Assembly (NCBI GenBank): GCA_036172245.1
Contig: JAYWIR010000033.1
Span: 1,984,001 to 2,048,000, forward strand
Reading direction: 5' to 3'
Source of the DNA: Raillietiella orientalis
Lineage: Eukaryota
DNA: 64,000 nucleotides
This document shows positions 36,301 through 48,300 of the stretch, one piece after another. Position numbers and translations under genes: made by a program. Position 1 is the stretch's first letter; each line of letters opens with the position of its first letter. The notes beneath the pieces are model-generated. The model ran no database searches. It was given only the letters and a program-made list of their open reading frames with translations, and had not been told where the DNA came from.

Positions 36301-39300
36301 CTCCCTCGCCCGTGAGCATCACCGGAACCCCCCGGGTGGGAGGAACACCCGTCCCCGAGAAAGCTTCCGACTTTGAGATTTCATGCCTCTCCGAGTCTCC
36401 CCTCCGTGCCCGACACGCTGAAACCAACTGAACCGTAGGCTCTCACCTACGACCTCCAGCTGTCCGATTTGAGACAGCATCGGATCCGTGTTGATTTGGC
36501 ACATGTAGACTCCACGGTCCTCTTCTTTCACCGAGCTGATGTGCAGATCCCACTGATGGTGGTCGTTGTGGAGCAAGCTGATGCGAGGATTCCTGGATAT
36601 CACGTGCTTGTGGATGGTGAGAATGGTCTGGGTGTTTGCATTCAGCCAAGCGACCTGCGAGAAAGGAAAGAGGAACTTTACTCGAATCCAAGAACAGACC
36701 GGCTGGCAGCGAAGGAACCCTCCTCGCGGCATGTGAGATACGAGGAGTGGGCAAGAAAATTTCGCTCGGAAAAATTCCTACGATTCGGCCCAACCTCACC
36801 TAACCGATAGCGCCAGCAGGCTTGACGAAAAGGGCTGCTGATGAATTGTACCACGAGGACTGTTTTCTCGTGGATGCTCAACTTAATGGAAAGACACCAT
36901 GAATGTCTTGTTAAGCAGCGGTTTGAGAAGACCTCGTGAAAAGTGCACTCGGAAGCAATAAAACAGTTGACTCTGTCCTGCTGGCCTCACTGCTCTCTCT
37001 CAGCAAATTAGCCCGCTAGCAGTTTAATGGTGTGTGCTGATCTACATGGACAATTTCCCTTCTCCTCAACAACTTCGCAATTCGATCATCTGAGGCTGAG
37101 ATTCATGTCGACATGCCATTTCCACGAGCTCAGACGAGAGCCACTGGAAAATAATGAAAGCCTCGCATCATGGAAGTAATGCAACGGAGTAATACGAAGG
37201 ATGCGCTGCAAATCCTCCGTACCCGGAATATCCCTTCCCCCCTGCAAGAGATCTGGTGTTTGCAGAGGAAATTAGAGATGAACTTTTGTATCTGATGAAG
37301 GCTTCTGGATTCCTCCTCGGGTCAAGCGTTTGCTCGCCACCGCTGCTTCAAACAAAACCGAGGCGTCTCTGCAGTCAGAGTGTCAAGTCGTAGGTCGTTC
37401 TGTCTCGCCGACACTCTTTCGGAAATTACAGAGCTAATGCGATAGCCACGCCGCACGGGGGGGAGAGGGGAGGGGGGGAACTCATTTTCGTTCCATCGCT
37501 CTTCCAAGAGATTCTCCCTCCGTGTGAATTTTTTTTTTTTTTTTCCCCTTACGAGCACAAACGAAGACAAAGAAATCGAAGACAAAGAAATCCGTCTTGC
37601 TTGATTTGTCTCGACTTTCCGTCAAGGACGAAAGACCCAACATGGAGGATCGGTGTTTCCGTTTCTTTTTTTTCTTTTTCTTTTTTTTTTTTCTCCCCCC
37701 TCGTGTCTTATTACTGCTGCTTGCTGTTGTTGATCACCGAATCCTTCCTTTCCCTGAAAGTTTTTCGCGGAAAGCCGCCTACACCGTGTCACGACGTCCA
37801 GCTGACTATCTCAGTCTCAACGTAATCAGCGCCCAAATCAATACAGAGGGAATGCCTGGGTTTCATGGTGTCCGCAAGAGTGGACACATCGAAGGGTCGG
37901 AATCCTACGAAGTCGTGGAGCCCATCCATTTGAATGGACGCGAACTGATTCCTTTTACGTCGAGTCAATCGGAAATGTCGTCCTTCCGAACGAACGGCCG
38001 TCGCCCGAATCATCTCTTCTTCTTCCACTCCGACCGCCCGGTCCCCCTTCCCAAATCGACATTCTTCTGACTCGGACCAAACTTTTCGACAAATCCGTTC
38101 CCGTCAAAGTCGCCTGTTTCAGTGCTCACGACGATCTTCCCCACTTTACCCGACCAGGAATCGACCACAGACAAGATGTTTGCAAGAAAACCAGCAGCTC
38201 TTCCTTCTGGCTGCTCCCTCGTGCAAGTGCTCCGCACGAGTCTTAGAAAGCACACATTCTAAAAGGAGAAACGCGCGTGGGGAAGACACTCAGTCGTCTA
38301 AAGGGGAGCCACGTCCACGTTTCGTTTGGAAGCCTCAGCTTCACAAAATCCTGCAGATGCCTTTCTCGGCATTCTCAGTGCAGGTTCTTAGGAGAACGTG
38401 CGCAATCTCAAATCTCGTTCTCATTGCCAAGCAACGCATTGCATTCACTATTTGGTACATAAAGCAATCTCAAAAAGGGGGACATAAACAAGGGAACCAC
38501 AGACACATGATACTGTTTAGGGACTCCAATTTCAGTACATGTACAGCGAGAGCGTGTGCTCTAAGGGAGTCCATATTTGACTCACACACGAGACGGAAAA
38601 TCATCTCCAGCCTGCGCACCATTCGAGGCAAAGGCAGCGTACAATTCTCATTGGAAAACACCTGGATCGTGGGAAGACCACGTCCAGCCTTCAACAGCAT
38701 AGGGATTTTCTGTACAACAACGAACACGTTCGTGTTGAGCGACAGAATCTTCTGCCTATGGGAGCATCTCCTGACAGAAACGGCAGCGGTCACTTGTACT
38801 GAAGATGGGCAGAATAGCATCTCCGGCCACGCCAAGGTCACGGAAAGACGTGGCTGGCTGGTGACCTGCATCAAGATCTGTGCACCCAAGCGCCACGAGT
38901 TGGTAGATGCCCAGCGGAGCGTTCCGGGAACGCCGTCAAAGCTAAAGCCAGTTCTAATGTTCAGGATCGAAGGGCAGCGGAGCTGGAAGGGCCAAGGCAG
39001 GTGGAGAGAAGACGCACTTCGGCCCGAAAGGGCTGCCTGCCTTTGTACGGACAGTGGCATCTGGATTGCTGGTATTTCGGCATCGGAAATTTCTTGGTCT
39101 GATGTGCAGAAAATGATGAAGTGTTCATGATGTTGAAAATTCTGCTGGAGCAAAACGGCCACTCCAGGAAAGAGACAGTGTACTCATAGGTACAGTATTT
39201 CCGCATTGCCTGCTGTGCATCACGAATGGGTCTGTAATGAAAGAGCCTTCGAAGAAAGCTCTGAAAGTGCTGCGAGGAGGAGATGATGATGGAAGTGCGC

Positions 39301-42300
39301 TCTTCATCGGTTTACGCACCTCTTGAAACATCACTTTAGGCATCAACATTTGAAGTCAACGTCTTTTTTGAAGCAGAAGCAGCATTTGGGTTTGCTTACG
39401 TAACTTCGACTTCTCCGGACGCTGCAGCTTCTTCTTCCGCTCTTGGTATTCCGTCTTGTCGTCTTGTCGAAACACCCGCGGAGAACAACATCACACGTGC
39501 GTCGAAGGTCACTCCGTTTCCTCTCATCGGTTGGAATCCCACTTTTCTCACTTGAGGACCACGTGGTTCGATATGTAACGCATCATAGAATGTTGCATGC
39601 CTTTTTCAAAATTCTCAACATGAATGACTTTCATGAATCACAGCATTCCCCTAAGTCCCTCTAGAGCGGATGAAGGATTCTCATGTCAGCTGCAACGTAA
39701 AAGTATTTAATAAGTAATTATCGACTGATTGAGAATTCTCATGTTTCATAGTAAACATAAATGATTATTCTTTTTATGAAGCAAAATTAAATATGCGCAG
39801 AGTGTCAAATATAGAAACTGAGTAGGTTGCTCTGTTCTACTTTATGGCATAGGATGCTTAGTGCACAGAATTCCTAATATTACTCGATGGTGAATACGTC
39901 AAAAACTATAAAATTGAACCGATTTGTGGCTGTGTTTCGAGTTCGCCCTTACCGAATTACAGAATATTACGAAACTGATGATATCCTAAACGTTTTCGGC
40001 ATTCAGAAGTCGAAGCAAATGCTTAACTGTCCCTAAAGTTCATCACCATCAGCATTGTATTCGAGCTTCCTTGTAATATAAAGGCATTTGATGAATTGGT
40101 AATTAATCATTTGGGCTCTTCATGTGAGCTGTGCACGCTAATGATTCTTTGTGATGCAATTAGGTTGAATGTCAATTCTGAATTTAAAATGCATACGTAA
40201 CATTAAAGGCTTCAAAACACATCAGACCAGAAAGAAAGCGGTTCGGTGCCCCTGCAAAGAACGCAACAACCTAATTTGTTCGAATTCCTCTATAAAATTC
40301 TACTGAGCTCTGAAGCGGTTCTCAGAAATTGATTGCCTTGGATACGCTGGCCCCATGGCACTCCTGAGCGACCGCACTCGGGGTGACCCGCGAACTCATC
40401 CCAACGATTCTGAAGATCCGCAAACCGCATTCCAGGAAATCTCAAATCGAACTGAGGCCGAGTGAGCACTGCCCGAAGTGATGCGAAGTTTCTTGAGCTT
40501 ATTTCACGCAGGAGCATTTGGGCGAAGAAGGGTCAGATGAGTTCCTCTTTGCCCTCAGCTGTAACAAGAGAGCACCTGGTGGTGTGCACGTAGGATGAGA
40601 AAGCATCGGCATACTTCACACATATTCTCCACAGAAGATAACAGTTCAAGACAACAGCCATAAACAATACGGACTTTCCTTTCCTTCCAAAGAAATGAAC
40701 TCTCTAAATCTATTCCATTGTCATGGAAACCAATGTCACAAGGGTCACCAGGTGTCTAAGGGGACACCTGGGAAGGTGAGATGCTCGAACTGGCCGAGGC
40801 GTGACCTGCTCAGGACACTTCGAACACTCCTTCCCCCCCCCTCCTATGCTGTGCTCCGCATGTGCCCACTCATTGTGTTTCTTTTTTTTGCCGGAGGATG
40901 TGGTGAATTTCAAATGCATATGAGTACTGCAGGATGACCAGCGACTTAAACCTGACCACTTCGTATCCCCCTACGCTTCTCTGCAAAGCCAGGCTTGCGG
41001 CGGGTGGATCGCAAGAGCCAGGTCCCATTTGAAAAGTCTGTCCATACCGCAGCTGACCGCAGGTCTGTGAAAGAACGGGGAACGCGCGTCTGCGTCTGTG
41101 GCAAGGAATCATGTTCCCTGAATCTTCAGTGAGCGTTCCCGGGAAGGAACAGCTTCTTCGGCAGTTCTTCGAGAACGTGCGCGTCATACTGAGAAACTCG
41201 GCTGGAATAGGTTCGAGCAGGCGAGATGTCCTCGCTGGCCTGCATCCATCCCGGTCCAGAGAACTCCCCCCAGGCTGACGAGGCTCCCTATCGGGCACCA
41301 ACAGCGGTCCTCTTTTCCAGCCACGGGCTGCGACCCTGTCTCGGTCTTCCAAAGAGACGCAAAGATGGCGAGTTTCCAGGGTTCCGAGTGGTTTACCTTA
41401 CCGATGCCGAGCCACCATTCTCCAAAGCAAACAATTTCAAGCCAAAAGCACATTTCCTGGGTAAACAGCGCAAGTGAGATTTTTCAACTAGCTTAAACCC
41501 CTGCAAAATACCACTAAAAAGGACATGCTTCATCAGAAGACGACTGGAACACACACGATTTCAGCTTTCTGTGAGCAGCAAAACGATTCTTCATGCACAA
41601 ACTTGAAATTCACCGAGCCGTTCTTTCCGGGCCATAAAATCAGTGGGTGCGGCCTATGGGTTTGGGCTGTAAGGCGCGTGCGATGCCCGAAGGGAATCGC
41701 TGCCACTCTCTCCCAGAGTCACATTTCGAGTCCTTGCGGAAGCTGAGCATACCGCGGCCTCTTGAGAAGGAAGGAATTGCGCAGCATCTCCCGTGGACCC
41801 ACTTTTCCGAAACGGAATCCTCATCCCCTTGCGTTCGAAATTTCCATCCAGCAGTGAATTCATCTTGGGCACAAGGTGGGGTCGGCATTCCTGTTCTTCA
41901 AGCAAACACGGCAGCCATTCGGATTCAGCTTGTCAACGAAATCATCTTCCAGCGTGTGCGCGAATCTTCCGCATCCTCTATGCCTCCAAGTGTGCTGCTC
42001 AGCCCGTGGCATTCCTGGGAAAGGACTCTGAAGCGTTCTCGAACGCGCGATCGAATGCATTTTTCCGAATTACCAGATCTCGTGCCGGCACTCTTTGCCA
42101 CTCGCTTTCGATCCCATCCTCTGTTTCACCTTGCAGAAGAAGTTTCCGGCACATATCAGAAATTTCTCGAAACGAATGTTGAAATGAACGAAAATGAACG
42201 AAGGGGTTTCCGGGTCATCATCCCATGATGATTCCGGATTCGGAAATTCAGTTTCATCCTGGACCTTAGCCAAGCCGAAAGCCCCTGCTTTAAACTAGCT

Positions 42301-45300
42301 TCAGAGCAAATGGAAACAAATGGTAAGACCGTTGTCGAAAATTTGAATATTGCGCTCAGCACTGTACCAAATATCTGAGAAGGAGTGCCTTTGGCGCTTT
42401 CTTCGTCCAGCGAGCAGCAAATCTGCATGCATTATTAAACGGAAACTGCATGCCGGTAAAATTCCTTGGAAACCACGGATTCCAACTCCAGTATGGAAAA
42501 TCTTCCCTTTGATGATGCCAAAAACCAAAAGAGCGGTGTTTGGATTGGTGATCGCTTTTACTTTCTTTTATTCGGCTTCCGGAGAGAGACCGATGACCAC
42601 CTGAAAATCCTGTGGAACCGCTGTAGAATATTGATTGGTTTTTCCGCGACCTCCGGACTTGGCCACGATTTCCCATCATCCACAGCTTTTCTATCAAGTG
42701 TCCTTTAACCTTTTAACTTTCCTTTTTGCGCCAACTGTTTATCCTTTTACAAGAGGTGATTCATGACTGCTTTTCCCTCCTCTCCCATTGATGCATTCAA
42801 AGTCTTCAAGAGTGCCTCGTTATCGGATCTTTCCGCAGCCGCATCACAGGTGTGGCGCACTCAGGCTGATTGCACAGCTTTCCAAGGGAGAAAATGGTGC
42901 GAGATGCGCTACTCAGATCGCAGCTTCCAAGGAAGCTTTAATCATGTACGAAGGACCGTGGACCAAAGTATTATTACCAGTTTAATGCTGTCTTCCAGAG
43001 AACAGCGTCCATAACACTTCGCCAGTACTTGAATCGGCCTGTCATTCCTTCGACTAGAAGAATCGAAAGCAATGCGGATGCAGATGAACGCTTGGTTCAC
43101 ACTTGCAGGACCATAAAACAACGAATTTGAAAATCTCTCCATGACGCACCGAGCAACTCATAAAGCGGAAGTGCTGTTCAGGAATTTCCTTGCTACCTGT
43201 TGGTCGCGAAAATCAATTCACACTTATTACTGATAGAAAAAAAAAAAAAAAAAAAAAAAAAACATGCCTCCAGGAACCCGATTCCGGGCGGGTGAGGGAG
43301 CATGCATTCATAACCTCGAGCCTTTTATTTTGAGGCGAGATTTTTCTCAAAATAAGCAGAGGGCATCCCTTTCTCGGTACACGAGGATCCGCATGAAACG
43401 TCGCAAACAACAGTAAGATGCAGAAGATGGAGAGATGAAATTTGCCGAAGACTTCGGATACCCTGATGATTTTCTTTCCATTTCAAGAAGTATCAGACCA
43501 GACATGAACAAAAGTAAAAATGCAGTTTTCAATGGGTACTCCGTGCTCAGCAAGAGGCTGGCATTCACTCAAGATGAGATCTGAAAATTGCCATGAACCA
43601 CTTTTCCTTTATTCGATAGAAGGGAGCAGCACTGAGAGCGGTCGTAGATTCAAATCGATCTCTTTGATTCAGAGTTTCATAATGTTGGATGTTTACAGAG
43701 ACTTTCTAAGAGAAGCTCATGTCTTGTGATCCACGGACTTTAGTGCGTGTGGAATTCAGTTTGCCGGAGTGGAACTCCAATCACAGGAAGAAATATTCAA
43801 ATTTTTACGTCAGCATGGGATGCGAATTTCCCCTGCTGAATTAGAGTGCATCCGTGTCGAAAGATGACACGCAAACCCTACACGTAGTGGTCACTTTCGT
43901 TTCATGGCCATTTTTCCTTTGGGAGTGAACCAATACCTCAAGAAATAGAATGGAATCTCAACAGGCTTCGTAACCTCTCATTACCGAGACCTTCCAGAGG
44001 CTTGACAGAGTGCAATCTAAAATTTCGCACCATCTTCGAGAGAAAGGGTAGGTGCCAGAGTGTCTCTAGTCAAGGAAATGTCTTGCTCCTGGCAACTGTA
44101 TACCCAATGACGATCACGGGCTTTCCTGTTCCCTAACTTGACGTGACTCACATTTCAAGACAACCATTTGTAAAGTTATCATCCCTAACGAGGATGGCCT
44201 CAATTTTTGCATTGCATCTGTTGCTTCATTAATGCTGAAGGTTTTAGGCCATCTGTTCTCATAAGAATCCTCCCGCAAGCAGTTCCATGTTTTTATTGAT
44301 GGCAAAGATGCTCATCTCACGTGAGATGGCAGCTAGTAGTCGTTTGTTTTCAAGCTGATACAATATCTTATTCAATCTGGTAGTAAGCTGATGACCTTCA
44401 TTTAGAACGATGGGTGGACGCGACGCTCTTCTCCTTAGGGCATTCACACTTGAAATGCAACATGGCATGCATTTTTCTAAGAACTCCACTTTGATTGAGG
44501 GCAACGTGCAAACCGACCCGATGGCAAGAGAAACAGACACGAAAGGCACAACCGGAGAACAGCCCTGGGTCTCAGGCTAATAGGAAATCCCTGAGGTGTT
44601 TCATGTCAAGAGGACTGAATCCTGCATGCCTCTACCGTGTCCGGCTATCTGCATTTCCAACGACCAGCCCTCAAGCGAGGACAATCGACCCAGAAACTCA
44701 ATGTTCTTCCGGATTTTCCTAATTAGAAAAGGCGGCTTCCCCTCTATGCACCCGAAAATATGAATCACTTGCTCGAACTCATGCAGGCACTCGAAGTTCA
44801 CCTTGTGTCCGTTTAGGTTCTCCACTCTGCACGACAGTATTGCGTCTTTTCCCACGGCAATCGTAACATTAGATATGGATTCGATGAAGTGAGGATGGAA
44901 ATTCGTAGCTGGAAAAAAAAAAAAGAAAAACAGAATCCAAAAAAGGAATAAAAATGAATGGAAAATGGAGAAACGAAACCAATTGAAACCGCAACGGATC
45001 ATTTTTTTTTTTTTTTTCACATTTTCACCCCAAATTCAACAGCAGCTTCAGCAGCGCTCTCTGTGGCAGTGGAATTTCTTACAGCCAGCAAAAATCGCCT
45101 CTCCTCTTCCGAGAAGAGGACCAAGCCAACCCGAACATGCTGCCGACCGTCAAGTAGAGATTACTGCTGGAAATTCACCGTGAAGATCCTTAAGCTTTTC
45201 TCAACTGCACCAAGTCCCACGCCCATGAGCACAATGGCTTACCACGCGAGGTCCCCGAGCGAAAAGACTTTGAAAGAAATCCCCAACGGCGGCCGAGATT

Positions 45301-48300
45301 CGTTTGCACATTCCTTCAATTTTGCCTCCATTAGCTCATTTTGCTCACACTCGCAAAATCCTATTAAGCGCATTAATCTACTTCCAGACAACCCACATCA
45401 ATCAATATCTGTCTTCTCTCCAGAGTTGATGACGTTTTAATTCAGGTTCATTTCGCTTTCTCTTTTCCTTCTCTTTTATGGGATGCTGATCGGCGGATCT
45501 GGACCCAGGAGCAAGGCAAAAGTTAATCAATTTTTTGGATTTAGTTGCTTCCCAGTTCTAAAGTGCTCCCTCCCGAAAAGAACGGTATCTCCATTTCGCG
45601 TGCTAAGGTTCTTAGAGTACACGGTACCTCCCAGCTCGACTTACCGAAGTGAGACTTAAGTACATCTGGGCAAGATGCTGTGAGGCAGGCAGCTTCTCAT
45701 ACAACTGCAGCGCTCGTAGGCGGCAGGAAGTCATGCAACTTTTCCACCGGGCTAATTTTGGGGCAGACCTCTCATTTCCCCACCCAACCCCTTCCGACAG
45801 GTTTCTGCAAGAATCCATTTTGTGGAAACATCTCCCAGTAGATGTCCCCATCGTGAATCCACCACCGAGGATGCTGCATTCACAACGGTGAACGCTGCTG
45901 CGCATCCAGGGTGGTCATTCCCGCAGCGTTTTTCTGAGTTTCCCTCACAAGAAGACACCTCTGAGCACCTTGCACACCCTTCTCCTGATCTTCCACGATT
46001 GGCTTGGGATGGAAGGTTTCCTGTCGACGTCTGATCCTTGACGAGAGGCGGAGCGAACCCGTCGCATTCCCTTCGGGAGTCGCCTCTTTAATGGTGTCGA
46101 GTGCGATCTTTCCCATCCCAGTCGAAAGTTCCTTTGAGCATTTCGCTCTTTTCGTGAGCCACGAACGCAGCCACCTCCTTCTGGGAGGTAACAGTAAAGT
46201 GTCCAGCGGACTGCTTTGGGTTTCTTATTCTCCCCGTCGCTTCTCGCTTTCATCCTATCTTCGTTCTGCCTCTTAGCTGAGGTCTCTTTGCACCGCCGAA
46301 GATAATGCAACAACCAAAGTCAGCAAGATAGCGAGGAGCTAAGGAGGACATGCTCTCAGTGAAAACGGAAACTAGGCGTCCCACTACAGGTTACTCTTAG
46401 TAACCCATTCCAACAAAATGATCTATTAGGAGCCTTGTTAATGTTTTTAACGAGCTTACGAACCCATCCCACGTCTCCAGCACATGTCCTGGGAGTGCTG
46501 CACTTTCGAGCATGTCACTTCTTTTCTGGAGTGCTCCTCGACTCCTACAGGATTTTCAGCCCCGTCACTCGATAGATACCAGAGTAAGAGATTCCCGATA
46601 GCAAGATACCGAAGATCCAGCTGCTGCTCCCTTTGCTAATCCACTGGAGGTGAAGTGAAGAGCCATAGGATTTGCTTTCCTTCTTCTGACTTGCCCATTC
46701 CAGTGCCGCTGCTGAATATTCATAGGAGCAAGCGACCTCCATCAACTTTCCTCCGTCCTTGAGCTCTAGAACTAGCTTTGTCTTTGACTGTGTTCCCGCA
46801 GCGTTCGGGTTGGTGTCCATGAAATCCGAATGTTTCGGTGCAGCCTTCTTGAACCGGGTCACCAGCCCGCCAGCACGCACCGTGACCGCGGTGTGGCTGG
46901 TGAGCAGTCTATTCAGCATCTTCTGCTCATCTTCCTCATCTCCTGCACGCACAGTGAGCGCTGGACGATGCCTGCTCTGGCGGAAGGTCGGCTGCGGCCG
47001 TGACCACAGTCTGCGAGCAGTTATGTCCTCAGCGCTTTTTCGTTCCACTGAAGGAAAATCGCCTTCATCCTGGTGGTTTGGACCTCTAACGCACGTTGTT
47101 GAAGCAACACCGCAGGGATCCACCCATAGAGTGCACGCGGGAAGTTCACCAGCCCAATTGACGACCGGGACTCATAGGCGGAGAAGCGGTGGGATAGGGG
47201 AGAGGTGAGGCGAGGTCTTTTCCCGCGACGGAACTACCTCGAACCTGTCAATATGACGGCGACCTCGCGAGGCAGCACAAGCGACCTCGTGTCGAGAGAG
47301 GAACCACCACTGTTTTGGTGCGCGTGGGAGTCCCTTCACGAGGAAGATTGCAAATGCTCAGAGGGGAAGGCCGTGCATCTGGCTGATGGTACGAGTGCTC
47401 TCGGAGCCACGTGTGCTGCGCGTGGTGCAGCCACCCGATCTTCTGAGTGCTTTCTCCGCACCGGAGCGTCAGAAAGGAGCTGGGGACCAGGCAGCAAAGA
47501 AAATGGAGTTATCACCTCCCAGGAGAGTCGGACCTACGGTGAGCATGCTTTGCGATTTCTCATTCGCGCTCCGTCCGATTCTGGGAGAGTCCATCCTTTC
47601 GCATGCAACCATTCACGGGGTCTCCCCCGATTTCTGGGATACCTGGTGGGACTCGAACCGTTGGGGGTTGGCATCGGAGGCACCTCCGTCCTCCTTGGAA
47701 ACGACTGGATCTCTGCTCTTTGCTCGTAGCGCCGCGGCACCTGCGACTTTCGTCGGATCCCCGCAGGTCGGAAGAGAAGGGGAGAAGGAAGGCAAAGAAG
47801 GGAGAAGACGGGCAGCTTCCTCCTTTGGAAATGGAAGAGCGGCTTCTCTCCGCTCATGACGTAACGTCGCGTCATCCAAAAAGACTGTCGCCGAGAGCGC
47901 ACTCCCGCCTTCCTCCCCCATGAAGCAGTTCCGCTTCCCGTTTCTTTCGGACGGTCGGATGGGTAGCGCACACATCCCATGTGATCACGGGACTATCCAG
48001 AATGCACTACCTCCAAGATACGGGCGCATTGGTATCAGCAAATTACTTTTTACATACCTGCGCCATCCTCCCTCGAGGGGGTCGTCGGGGAGCGGGTCCC
48101 GTGGGAAGCGATCCCGAAGAGTCGCGAGTCGAGCGGGCGCGGAGGGTCGTCCTGCGCTCGGGAGAGTGTGGACCCCCATCGGCCGCTCCTAGTCCGAAAG
48201 GAAGTGCGTTGAAGAAGCGATCCTGTCTCCTCCCCTTCCCACCACACTCCATGATTTCCTCGGGAAGCGTAGCAGACAGAACTTTTTTTTTTTTCCATCC

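Noticed and set aside
38180..39162. Longest ORFs in the track (316 aa on +, 230 aa on -)
   Set aside because: No recognisable domain. They overlap a dispersed repeat whose other copy has indels and stops, which is consistent with chance ORFs.
47975..48065. U1/U2 snRNA-like words (GTGATCACG, TGCACTACCTCC, TACATACCTG)
   Set aside because: The short matches are out of order, with no Sm site or snRNA structure.
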